From: Oligoflexia bacterium
Lineage (GTDB): Bacteria > Bdellovibrionota > UBA1018 > CAIPTA01
DNA length: 64,000 nt
NCBI GenBank assembly: GCA_023954355.1
Contig: JAMLID010000003.1
Coordinates: 21,270-85,269, forward strand
Reading direction: 5' to 3'
In this document: positions 10,702 through 19,857 of the stretch, piece by piece
Position numbering within the stretch: position 1 is the first letter of the stretch
Layout: each line of letters begins with the position of its first letter
Notes under the pieces: generated by a model
Seen by the model: the letters and a program-made list of their open reading frames with translations, nothing else
Told to the model about the DNA's origin: nothing
Database searches by the model: none
Program-made: the position numbers and the translations under genes

Positions 10702-12059
10702 AAAAAGCTAGCCGCTCCCATAAGAGCAATTTTAGAAGCCTTATACTCAGATCGATAAAACTCAAAAATAAGAAAATAAATCTTATAAAAATATTGCTCC
10801 TTATCTTTAGATAGTTCGCTTTTATTCCTCAAGTATTGGTAAATTTTGACTGCCTCAATCGATAAAGAGTCTTGAAACAAAGATTTTAGCTCTAAGTCGG
10901 AATAAGCAAGAGTCTGTGTAGTTATTTTTTTTAACACACTCATAAACATACTCTCGGTAATTACAAGCTCGGGCAATTCAAACAAGCCGAACCTTAAGAA
11001 GGCAGACAATTGCAGTGCTTTTCTTAAACTGCTCAAATTTTTTCGCTTCTCTTTTGAGACACAATCACACTGATAAATAATTCGGCTGCAAATACATATC
11101 GGAAAAAAACCAAGAACCGAGTAACTCATTAAACGAAAAACCTCGCCTTGCTTTCCCAAAACACGAGCTCTAAGCGAAAAATCTTCTAAAAAATCTCTTT
11201 TTTTATCTTGAAAGACATCTAATGCTCTAAATGATAAATAAAAGTGCTTAGCGTGCGTTTGCTCTTCATTTAACCCTAAATAGATACCCGAATATGTTTT
11301 AGAGACACGAAACGAGCAATCTTCCATAAATAAGCTGAGACTTTCGTTGTAAATTTGCTGAATAAGCTCGTCTAAACGCTTTAAAAACTGCATAAAAGTA
11401 TGTTTTTTAACCTCTGATCGCTCAAAAAAGAGCATATGAGGCTTAAATAAACGCATAATCAAAGCAAGAAGAACTAAATTGGGATTAGTAAGATCTTCTT
11501 TTGGTATACAAATTGGCAGTTCTTCTGCTTTATTTTCTAAAAATCTAAGTTTCTTATCCATTAGAAGTTCTTGAACGCTTCTAATGGATGAGAAAAAGAC
11601 CTTATCTTGTCGAACTGATCTAAACTTTTGAGAAAAACTTCCAAAAATGACAATTTTTTGTCCATTTTTTCTTATTTTTAATAAATTATCTGTCTCATCA
11701 GTATTATTTTCTAAAATTTCGCCTATCAATGAGTGTTTTCCAACAACTATCGCTTGATGAAAGAAGCTTTGTATATGCTCATACTCTGCTGAGAGGATAG
11801 CAATAACAATCGGGAGACAAATTTCTGAGGCAGATATTATTTTGCTCTGACTCATCACTTTAATTGTGATTCTCCCTCTAGGTTTTGGAATCTTTTGCCA
11901 ATGAAATAGAGAAAAAATTTGCTCTTTAATTTCTTTTTCTAGCCCCGATGACAAGCCGATTAGCTGAAATTGAGGAAAGCGTTGAGCAATTAAACATTCA
12001 ATTTGAATCAACTCATACTGATCTAATGGATTTTTTGTCAAAATGGATGCGTATTTCAT
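10641..12059 (-). CDS. Divergent ComM/YifB (Mg-chelatase-like) homologue with degenerate ATPase motifs
   Basis: N-terminal IQIEC..FPQFQLIGL..KEIKEQI..PRGRITI..CLPIVIAILSA matches ComM; CICS..CDC retained; no GxxGxGKT. Confidence 0.7.
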   Translation of the reverse strand: MKYASILTKNPLDQYELIQIECLIAQRFPQFQLIGLSSGLEKEIKEQIFSLFHWQKIPKPRGRITIKVMSQSKIISASEICLPIVIAILSAEYEHIQSFFHQAIVVGKHSLIGEILENNTDETDNLLKIRKNGQKIVIFGSFSQKFRSVRQDKVFFSSIRSVQELLMDKKLRFLENKAEELPICIPKEDLTNPNLVLLALIMRLFKPHMLFFERSEVKKHTFMQFLKRLDELIQQIYNESLSLFMEDCSFRVSKTYSGIYLGLNEEQTHAKHFYLSFRALDVFQDKKRDFLEDFSLRARVLGKQGEVFRLMSYSVLGFFPICICSRIIYQCDCVSKEKRKNLSSLRKALQLSAFLRFGLFELPELVITESMFMSVLKKITTQTLAYSDLELKSLFQDSLSIEAVKIYQYLRNKSELSKDKEQYFYKIYFLIFEFYRSEYKASKIALMGAASFFYSGEFWFEEMIESSRISSN

Positions 12060-12204
12060 ATTTTTGAATGCGAATTGAAGTTTTGTTCCGTTTTTTTTTC
12101 AAAAAATGCATTCAAATGAGCTAATTTTTCGATTTTGATGTTCGGTTTTGATTTTTTCGAAAGATCGATAGTCAATTTTTTTTTAAAAAAAATGTTTTTT
12201 TTAT

Positions 12205-12232
12205 TTGCAGACCGAAGTGCTTTGCTTATACT
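12205..12232 (+). promoter_or_regulatory. Sigma70-type promoter for the lysine-rich mini-gene
   Basis: TTGCAG-16 nt-TATACT preceded by A/T tracts (UP-element-like). Confidence 0.6.
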
Positions 12233-12338
12233 TTTAGTTGAACAGTTAAATTGAGTTAATTAAAAACTCAATGCGAATGTGGTTGTGATGAACGCGGAAG
12301 TGACAGTTGGACTGTGATTAAAAAAGGAGAACCAAAGA

Positions 12339-12416
12339 ATGGCTGCTAAGAAAAAAGCAACAAAGAAGAAAGCTACTAAGAAAAAAGCAACAAAGAAAAA
12401 AGCTAAGAAGAAATAA
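12339..12416 (+). CDS. 25-aa lysine-rich histone-H1-like peptide MAAKKKATKKKATKKKATKKKAKKK
   Basis: AGGAG RBS at 12325-12329, ATG 12339, TAA ending 12416; synonymous codon variation among KKKAT repeats; upstream promoter and downstream stem-loop. Confidence 0.8.
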   Translation: MAAKKKATKKKATKKKATKKKAKKK

Positions 12417-12437
12417 GTAATCTTAGTTTCTTTGTTT

Positions 12438-12510
12438 GGCCCAAGGATCAGCCACCAGCGGAAAAGGATTTTCGTGGAATATGTGGGGGTCTTTGGGCCT
12501 TTGTGTTTCT
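12438..12510 (+). terminator. Long imperfect stem-loop with U-rich tail, terminator or structured 3' UTR
   Basis: GGCCCAAGGATC/GGTCTTTGGGCC outer stem, CCAC/GTGG, GCGGAAA/TTTTCGT inner stem, followed by TTTGTGTTTCT. Confidence 0.6.
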
Positions 12511-12571
12511 AAATGTCGTATGTAGTTAATAGCGAATCAAGTACAGAATCCAACATACAGAACCATCATTT

Positions 12572-12901
12572 CTACTTTTTCTTACAAAACTCTTTAGACT
12601 TTTCCTGATTACATAGCCACTCAAGATGAGCCGCCCACTCTTTACTCTTACTATTCTTAAAAAACTCGTAAGACGACTCTATCGACTGTTCTGCTAAGTC
12701 AGACTTCCCAACGAGACGATACAACGCGATAAGCGTCAATTTTTTGTCTAACCATAAGTCTTTGTCTTTAACCGGAGGTTTGCTGTTTTCTAAAAACTCA
12801 ATCTCTAGCTTCTTGATCAACTCCATAGATGTAATTCGTGAAGCCGACTTAGAGTAAGTAGACGTAAACAAAAAAAACAAAAAGAAGAGCTTTAGAGCCA
12901 A
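12572..12901 (-). CDS. Hypothetical exported protein
   Basis: 109 aa, N-terminal signal-peptide-like segment, directly downstream of sppA. Confidence 0.6.
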   Translation of the reverse strand: MALKLFFLFFLFTSTYSKSASRITSMELIKKLEIEFLENSKPPVKDKDLWLDKKLTLIALYRLVGKSDLAEQSIESSYEFFKNSKSKEWAAHLEWLCNQEKSKEFCKKK

Positions 12902-12914
12902 AATCTATTTCTTT

Positions 12915-13833
12915 CTAAAAAGAGATTTTGGGAACCCGACTACTCATAGACTCTTCTTGAATAAGATTTTTAATCTTGGAAAGCACTATATTCGTCATTC
13001 CATCAGCAGCGCCCTGACCTAGCACTTCAAGTAAAGATTTTCTCTTCGGTTCTGGATATACGAGCTTAACTTTTGTTTTTTCATCGATTTTAGCAAGTTC
13101 TTTTGCAATGTCGACGGCAACATCTATTCCACCCAATTTGTCTACCAAACCATACTCTAAAGCTTGAGCTCCAGACATAATTCTTCCATCGGCATAGGGC
13201 TTAACTCTTTCGACAGGCAACTTTCTTCCATCTGCTACTGCATTCAAAAACTGGTCATACACGTTATCAATAATTCCCTGTAAAAGTTCTTTCTCTTCGG
13301 CAGTCATGGGTCTTGTTTCATTGCCCGAATCTTTATATTTTCCACTTTTAATATTGTAACGATCTACTTTTGCCCACTTAAAGAGTTCCTGTAGGTTTGC
13401 AAAATCCATAATTACACCAATAGAACCAGTTAATGTTCCTGGATTCCAACAATTCGATCAGCCCTACTGCGATATAGTATCCACCTGATGCCGCAACAGA
13501 TTCAAAGCTAGCGATCACAGGCTTCACCTTTTTTACTCGCTTTAAAGCATCATGAATTTCTTGGCTTGGTCCAACAGCTCCCCCGGGACTATCAATACGT
13601 ACAATCACAGCTTTGACACTACTGTCTTCTTCAAGCTCTTTAAGATCTTTAAGAGCCTTTTGAGAATCCATAATTGCACCCTTAATTCGTACAACACCAA
13701 TATTGACTCCACTGCCAGCCAATATAGTTTTATTTTTTACAAGCTTGCCCATAGTTAAAAAGACAAAAGCTAAAAATAAAATAAAAAAAACAGAAGATAC
13801 GCCTAGTAATATAATAAATGGATTCTTTTTCAT
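12915..13833 (-). pseudogene. sppA: Signal peptide peptidase SppA (S49), two -1 indels at ~13447 and ~13463, probably sequencing errors
   Basis: RIDSPGG, AASGGYYIA then ADRIV and NPGTLTGSIGVIM in shifted frames, KSGKYKD, ADGRIMSGAQA. Confidence 0.88.
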
Positions 13834-13899
13834 GACATTAAGTGTACCGCCAGTCAGAGAAGATTTCCAAGCGAGATCACCTCACGGTAAGACTTAGGC

Positions 13900-13928
13900 A
13901 AAAAAAAAGCGGTCTTTTTCAAGACCGC
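13900..13928 (-). terminator. Rho-independent terminator of rpsA
   Basis: Minus strand GCGGTCTT-GAAA-AAGACCGC followed by T9. Confidence 0.9.
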
Positions 13929-13991
13929 CTCTTACTTAGGCTCTATGACGACTCGCATGAGATCTCTTCATAGATGCTTGTGTGAAAGATT

Positions 13992-15800
13992 TTACTCTTT
14001 ATCACCTTTCAGGTTTTTTAGCTTAGAACCTAAAATATCTCCAAGCGTATTTGAAGTGCTCTGATTACCAGAGTAAGCCTCAATATTTGCACGCTCTTCG
14101 CTCTTCGCTAATGCCTTCACAGAAAGACCAATTTTTCTTTCGCGAGGGTCAATAGAGATAATTTCTGTTCGAATCACATCACCTAATTTTGCAACATCTG
14201 TAGGTTTTTCACTAGAGTCGTTAGCAATTTCAGAAATATGAATCAAGCCTTCTAGACCTTCTTCGATTTCAATAAACACACCAAAGTCAGCAAGCTTATT
14301 TACTTTACCTTCAACAGCTTGGCCAATTTTGTATCGAGACTTGATGTTTTCCCAAGGATCTCGCTCTAATTGCTTAATACCTAGTGAGAATTTTTCTGTC
14401 TCTTTATCGATAGAAAGAACAATCGCTCTTACTTTGTCACCTTTATTAAAGGCTTCAGAAGGGTGAGTGATTTTCTTGGTCCAAGAAATATCAGAAACGT
14501 GGATCAACCCATCAATGCCTTCACCAATATCAATGAATACACCGAAGTCTGTTACGTTTTTCACTTCACCTTCAACAGTAGAGCCGATTGGGAATTTCTG
14601 CTCAAGAAGATCCCACGGATTAGACTCAAGCTGCTTTAAGCCTAAGCTAATTCTTCTGTTTTTGGTGTCGATATCTAATACTTGGCAATCTACAGAATCA
14701 CCTGGGTTTAATACTTTAGATGGATGTTTTACTTTATTGGTCCAGCTCATTTCAGAAACGTGGATCAATCCTTCTACACCATCTTCAAGTTCAACGAATG
14801 CTCCGTAATCTTTAATAGATACAACTTTACCACTCACTTTATCGCCTACATGGTAACGATCAGGAACTTTATCCCACGGATTGTCTTGAACTTGTTTTAA
14901 ACCAAGAGAAACTCTCTCTTTGTCTTTGTCGTACTTTAATACTTTTACGGTAACTTCATCACCAACTTGGAAAAGTTCAGAAGGATGCTTGATGCGTCCC
15001 CAGCTCATATCGGTAATGTGTAAAAGTCCATCCATACCACCTAGATCAATGAATGCTCCGTAGTCTGTGATATTTTTCACAACACCTTGAACCACCATAC
15101 CTTCGGCTAATTGCTCAAGTGTTTCTTCTCTTAGCTTCTCACGCTCTTTAAGAAGAAGTGCTTTACGAGATAGAACGATATTTCCACGCTTCTTATTGAA
15201 CTTAATCACTTTGAAGTTCAATTTTTTGCCTAAATATTTATCTAAATTGCGTACAGGACGAATGTCGATTTGTGATCCTGGTAAGAAAGCCTTCACACCA
15301 ATATCTACTTCTAATCCGCCTTTTACTTTTCTGGTTACAAATCCTGCGATGATTTCATCTCTTTCACAAGCCTCTGCAATAGAGTCCCATGCTTTGATAA
15401 TTTCTGCTTTATTACGAGAAAGAATCATTACACCATGTTCGTTTTCCATTTTTTCTAGATAAACAACCACATGGTCACCAGCTTTTACACTGAGGTTACC
15501 TTCTGCGTCTTTAAACTCTACGATAGGAACAAGACCTTCCATCTTGTATCCGATATCCACGGTTACGAAATCTCCAGAAACAGCAATCACTGCTCCGTTG
15601 ACGACCTCACCTTCGTGAACTTGACTTGCTGATTGAGATTTTTCGAAAATCTCTTCAAAAGAAACGCCGCTTTCACTGTCGACCTCTGTTTCTTTTGCGT
15701 CGAGTGTTACTAGATCATTTGCATCTACAGTAACATCAGCAAACTCGCTAAGCCATTTATTGGCCGCCTTTTGTCTTTCGTTTGTTTGGGTATTTGTCAT
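13992..15800 (-). CDS. rpsA: 30S ribosomal protein S1
   Basis: Six S1 repeats (DYGAFIDLGGMDGLLHITDMSW, GVEGLIHVSEMSW etc.). Confidence 0.98.
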   Translation of the reverse strand: MTNTQTNERQKAANKWLSEFADVTVDANDLVTLDAKETEVDSESGVSFEEIFEKSQSASQVHEGEVVNGAVIAVSGDFVTVDIGYKMEGLVPIVEFKDAEGNLSVKAGDHVVVYLEKMENEHGVMILSRNKAEIIKAWDSIAEACERDEIIAGFVTRKVKGGLEVDIGVKAFLPGSQIDIRPVRNLDKYLGKKLNFKVIKFNKKRGNIVLSRKALLLKEREKLREETLEQLAEGMVVQGVVKNITDYGAFIDLGGMDGLLHITDMSWGRIKHPSELFQVGDEVTVKVLKYDKDKERVSLGLKQVQDNPWDKVPDRYHVGDKVSGKVVSIKDYGAFVELEDGVEGLIHVSEMSWTNKVKHPSKVLNPGDSVDCQVLDIDTKNRRISLGLKQLESNPWDLLEQKFPIGSTVEGEVKNVTDFGVFIDIGEGIDGLIHVSDISWTKKITHPSEAFNKGDKVRAIVLSIDKETEKFSLGIKQLERDPWENIKSRYKIGQAVEGKVNKLADFGVFIEIEEGLEGLIHISEIANDSSEKPTDVAKLGDVIRTEIISIDPRERKIGLSVKALAKSEERANIEAYSGNQSTSNTLGDILGSKLKNLKGDKE

Positions 15801-15994
15801 TTGTTAAAAATTCCGCCTTTCGATTAATTTCTCCCTAAGCATTCAAAATAGTTAAGGTTTGAATAGTCTAGAGAGCCTTCGTTTTAATCACAGAGCGCTG
15901 CGGAAAGCAAAGAATTAGAGAGAATGAAAGAGGCTATTTATATTATTCGAGCAAAACAATCAGAATAGCCTTAAATTATAGGCCTATACTGGCC

Positions 15995-17644
15995 TCAAAA
16001 CCCTGTTTTTTCAGGGCTTATCCCAATCAAACTAGAGGGAAACTCATAGACCAACGCACCGGAGTCTAACCATATAGGTTTTTGGTCTTTTGTTAGCTCT
16101 TTCCATAAGCCTTTTGGCTTGGACCAAAAGATCCCTTTAAGACGTATTTTTTGACTCCCTATATTTCTTTTCCACTTTAAGTGTAGTGAATACCAAAGTA
16201 AGTCTTCAGGCTTACGGATTAAATAAATTTCTTTGCCAGCAATTGTCGCTCCAACAGGAATGAGCCGGTCTCCCTCTCTTGTAAGATCCCCGCTTTGTAA
16301 TAGCCTTATAGTTCCTATTTGAGGGGAAAAATAAAGATCATGCTTATCTGACTTTAAAGAAATTTCTTCCCAAAAACTTTTTTCTTCTTGCTCTAAAACA
16401 GGATTACTTTGAAATGCGTAAAAAACCTCTTTGTACTCTAAACACCATGAAAATAAAAACATGCCAAAATATGTAGTAAGCAATAAGCCCTTAGTTTTTT
16501 CTGTATACTCTCTTAAAACAGAAAGTAACCAAATAGGAAAAACCCCAATCAAGAAAATAGACAAAGGCAAAATGAATCTTAAAATATTAAAATTATGTTC
16601 GTAAAAATGCTGGTGAAACAATAAGAAATAAATAAAAACTGGTGCTGTAAGTAGTTGTAATAATACAAGTGTATCTCTTAACGAAGCATTCATTTGTGCT
16701 ACTTTTCTATAAAAAAGAATATGTACAAAAAGAACTAGGATTATTAGAAAAAATAAGCAAGTCGCCCAAAAACCTAAGCCGTAATTCATTTGTAAAATCC
16801 AATCGTAAAAACCGATCGACCAAATATGCTCTACACTTTGAATTCCACTTCTTTCCAAAATTTTCTGAATGATATGGTCAGAAACATTATTCCAGTAAAT
16901 TAGAAAAAAATGAAACCCACCATACGCAAGTGACGCTAAAGCGTACTCCCAACGAATCGATTTTCTCTCTGTTTTTCGAAACCCAACAAAGGCAAGCATC
17001 CATAAAAAAATATGTATACTCCAATCCATCGAAGCACATACCAGAGCAAATAAAAAAGAGATTACTCTATGAATTTTTCTTTCTGGATATAGCTCTCTTA
17101 GCAACAACAGACAGTAAAAGGGTATGTATACGACCTCTCCCCACCAAATATTCTGGAAGAATAAAACACTGCCTGGAGTCAGTAAAACGGCTAAACCCGA
17201 AAGCAATATAAAAAATGAAGATGCCTTAGTCTTTTCAAATTTCTCAGAAAACTTAGAAACAACGATCATTACAAGAATCGCAGATAATAACCACCAAGCC
17301 AGGCTCAGTACCATTATATCATTGAAAAAAACTACGCGATCACGGAAAAAAAATAATAGATACGGAACAAAAATGTATCCTATAGGGTAAGATAAATATT
17401 TTGTCGTTTCCGACCAACTTTCTATTGATAAATACTCGAAATTTCCTGCAAATTTAGATTGTATCAATCCATTGACTTGCCAATTACGAATAAAAGATAA
17501 CATATCCATTGTTAAGTTTCGCCACAACGGATCGCCAGGCATAGGCATTTTTCCAAAAGTTTCTTGCTTCAAAAAAACTAAACCAATAAATACCAAACAC
17601 AAAAAAAGCAGCTGAAGGAAAAATATTTTTTTAGTGTTCACCAT
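15995..17644 (-). CDS. Polytopic membrane protein, possibly a GT-C-fold glycosyltransferase
   Basis: 549 aa, about 10-12 hydrophobic segments, YLSYPIG loop motif; last gene of the LPS operon. Confidence 0.5.
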   Translation of the reverse strand: MVNTKKIFFLQLLFLCLVFIGLVFLKQETFGKMPMPGDPLWRNLTMDMLSFIRNWQVNGLIQSKFAGNFEYLSIESWSETTKYLSYPIGYIFVPYLLFFFRDRVVFFNDIMVLSLAWWLLSAILVMIVVSKFSEKFEKTKASSFFILLSGLAVLLTPGSVLFFQNIWWGEVVYIPFYCLLLLRELYPERKIHRVISFLFALVCASMDWSIHIFLWMLAFVGFRKTERKSIRWEYALASLAYGGFHFFLIYWNNVSDHIIQKILERSGIQSVEHIWSIGFYDWILQMNYGLGFWATCLFFLIILVLFVHILFYRKVAQMNASLRDTLVLLQLLTAPVFIYFLLFHQHFYEHNFNILRFILPLSIFLIGVFPIWLLSVLREYTEKTKGLLLTTYFGMFLFSWCLEYKEVFYAFQSNPVLEQEEKSFWEEISLKSDKHDLYFSPQIGTIRLLQSGDLTREGDRLIPVGATIAGKEIYLIRKPEDLLWYSLHLKWKRNIGSQKIRLKGIFWSKPKGLWKELTKDQKPIWLDSGALVYEFPSSLIGISPEKTGF

Positions 17645-18827
17645 AAATTCTTCTTCTGTAACAACGAGCGTAAATCTCTAATGTTTTTTGTAATCGATTT
17701 GCTCTTGAGTGATTTTCTAATACATAAGAGCGTCCAAGACGCTTCATTTCTGAACGAACATCAGGACTATTGCGTAAAAGCATAATCTTTCTAGCCAAAT
17801 CATAGGCATCTCTAGAGCGAACTAGCTCTGCCCCTGAACCTTTCGCTATTTCTTCTGCACTTCCTCCTCTTGCTAAAATGCAAGGGGCCTCTAAGGCCAT
17901 TGCCTCTAAAGCGACTAATCCAAAAGCCTCTGACCAAGAAGGCATCACGAAAAGATCTAAACCAGCCATAACTTTTTCAACATCCTTTTGCGCTGGACGA
18001 AGAAAAATAGCATTCTCTAAATGTAATTGCTTAATACCTAAATCCAATTCTTTTAAATATTTTCCCTCAAGCCCTGGGGTTTCATCTCCGACTATTACTC
18101 CATATACATCACTATAAGATTTTCTAACTTGAGCAAGGGCTTTTACCAAAAGATCTTGCCCTTTCATGGGATCAATGCGACCAACTAGCCCAACTAAAAA
18201 AGCTTCTTCAGGAATATTAAGTTCTTGTTTCAACCACTTCCTATCTACTAGGTTAGGATTAAATTTTTCTAAATTAATTGCTAAATTGACTTTTCTTAAT
18301 TTTTTTTCTGCTATAGGAAAAGTAGCTGCTAGGTTTTTCTTCATGGTCTCTGAAATGACCATCACATAATCTACTCTTCTATAAATAACCGCATGTAACG
18401 GGTCTTTTTTATTATGTGAATTTAAAATATGCCTAGAGACAACCAAAGCCACACCAGGTCTTCTAATCAAGGCAGGAACAATGGCACCCAATATTGATGT
18501 TTGGTGACAGTGAATTAGATTTACTCCAGTTTGGTCTATCAATTTTCTTAATTGCTTCCATAAATTATGGTCAAAATAGTTTCTCGTTTTTGAGTGAATA
18601 TACGCTCTTTGTATTTGTGGAGATTCGTCGCGAATCGTTTTATCTATTGGACTATTTTCACGAACAAGCATTGTGACTTTAAAACCACTTTGCACAAGCA
18701 AACGAACGTCGTTCAATGCAACTTGCTCTAAGCCCCCCCATGCATCTGAAAGCAGAACAACAAGAATGTGCAATTCGCTAACAAGCCAGTCACGTAATTC
18801 TTCTGGATTTTCACTTAGTATTGGCAA
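17631..18827 (-). CDS. Glycosyltransferase family 4
   Basis: WGGLEQ, VGRIDPMKGQD, PSWSEAFGLVALEAMA. Confidence 0.92.
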   Translation of the reverse strand: MPILSENPEELRDWLVSELHILVVLLSDAWGGLEQVALNDVRLLVQSGFKVTMLVRENSPIDKTIRDESPQIQRAYIHSKTRNYFDHNLWKQLRKLIDQTGVNLIHCHQTSILGAIVPALIRRPGVALVVSRHILNSHNKKDPLHAVIYRRVDYVMVISETMKKNLAATFPIAEKKLRKVNLAINLEKFNPNLVDRKWLKQELNIPEEAFLVGLVGRIDPMKGQDLLVKALAQVRKSYSDVYGVIVGDETPGLEGKYLKELDLGIKQLHLENAIFLRPAQKDVEKVMAGLDLFVMPSWSEAFGLVALEAMALEAPCILARGGSAEEIAKGSGAELVRSRDAYDLARKIMLLRNSPDVRSEMKRLGRSYVLENHSRANRLQKTLEIYARCYRRRIYGEH

Positions 18828-19857
18828 GATCGAGCTCCAAAAACTTTTTCCAAACCATATCCACTGTTAGATTTTTCATACACTGAAAATGGCCCAATGG
18901 GCAACGAGAATGACCGTGTGCTCCACATGGACGACAATTGAGCTGCTCAAGTTCGGCTACTTTTGCCAAGCTCGGGTTTGAATACGGAAAAAAGCCTAAT
19001 TCTTTCGTTGTTGGACCAAAAATCGCCAAAAGCTTTTTCTGAAAAGCAGTTGCTATGTGCAAGGGAGAACTGTCGTTTGAAATTACTGCCTCTGACTCTT
19101 TAATAAAATAAAGAAGCTCATGAAGAGACGTATTACCAATTTCATTTTTAAATTTGTCTTTGTAAATAGGCTCTATTTCTTTCTCTATCGTTTGCCCAAT
19201 AGCAAGTTCTTCTTCTGATTTTTGTCCTAACAAAAGTACTGATTTTCCTTTATCTAATAGTTTCTTAACAAATTGTAGATAGTATTCTTGCGGCCACATT
19301 TTTGTATACCATACAGATCCTGGACATACGACTATATAAGGCTCACGAAATGGACGTATCTGTTCTTGTACAGAAAGCGTTGGACCACTAGAGTTCGTAA
19401 GATGCTCATCATTCATTTTTAATAGTGAAAAGTTTTTTTCAACTTCGTGATCTCCATATTTACGTTTTATAGATTTGGTGAACAGAAAACTAAGAGCTGC
19501 CTCACGAAATCCATATGACTTTGCCCCTATCGTTGTAGCCAGTAATACTGATCTCACAGATCTATGCAGACAATAGACCTCACTAATATGAAGACTCTTT
19601 AAATAATTTCGCATTCTCCAAAATCCAAAAATCCCTTTATCACTTTTTCTTTTATCAAATGAAACAATACGAAGATTAAATAAGTTCTTCTCAAGTATTT
19701 GCTTACCTATTGGAGTAGTTAAAAAATAGATTTCTTCTTTTGGATGTTTTTTTCTGAGTTCCTGTAAAAATGCTGTTGCTAGTACTATGTCACCAAGAAA
19801 TGCCGTTTGAATAACGAGTATATTATTTTTTTTCAAGTGCTTTAGACCCTGCACCAT
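18811..19857 (-). CDS. Glycosyltransferase family 9 (LPS heptosyltransferase-like)
   Basis: IQTAFLGDIVL, PGSVWYTKMWP, SNDSSPLHIA, FGPT, CRPCG..C..GHFQCM. Confidence 0.9.
   Translation of the reverse strand: MVQGLKHLKKNNILVIQTAFLGDIVLATAFLQELRKKHPKEEIYFLTTPIGKQILEKNLFNLRIVSFDKRKSDKGIFGFWRMRNYLKSLHISEVYCLHRSVRSVLLATTIGAKSYGFREAALSFLFTKSIKRKYGDHEVEKNFSLLKMNDEHLTNSSGPTLSVQEQIRPFREPYIVVCPGSVWYTKMWPQEYYLQFVKKLLDKGKSVLLLGQKSEEELAIGQTIEKEIEPIYKDKFKNEIGNTSLHELLYFIKESEAVISNDSSPLHIATAFQKKLLAIFGPTTKELGFFPYSNPSLAKVAELEQLNCRPCGAHGHSRCPLGHFQCMKNLTVDMVWKKFLELDLANTK

Noticed and set aside
12438-12499. SRP (4.5S) RNA
   Set aside because: Lacks the conserved CAGG..GNRA..AGCAG helix on either strand
14400-15070. 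Repeated DNA such as TCAGAAACGTGGATCAA
   Set aside because: Explained by the S1 domain repeats of rpsA
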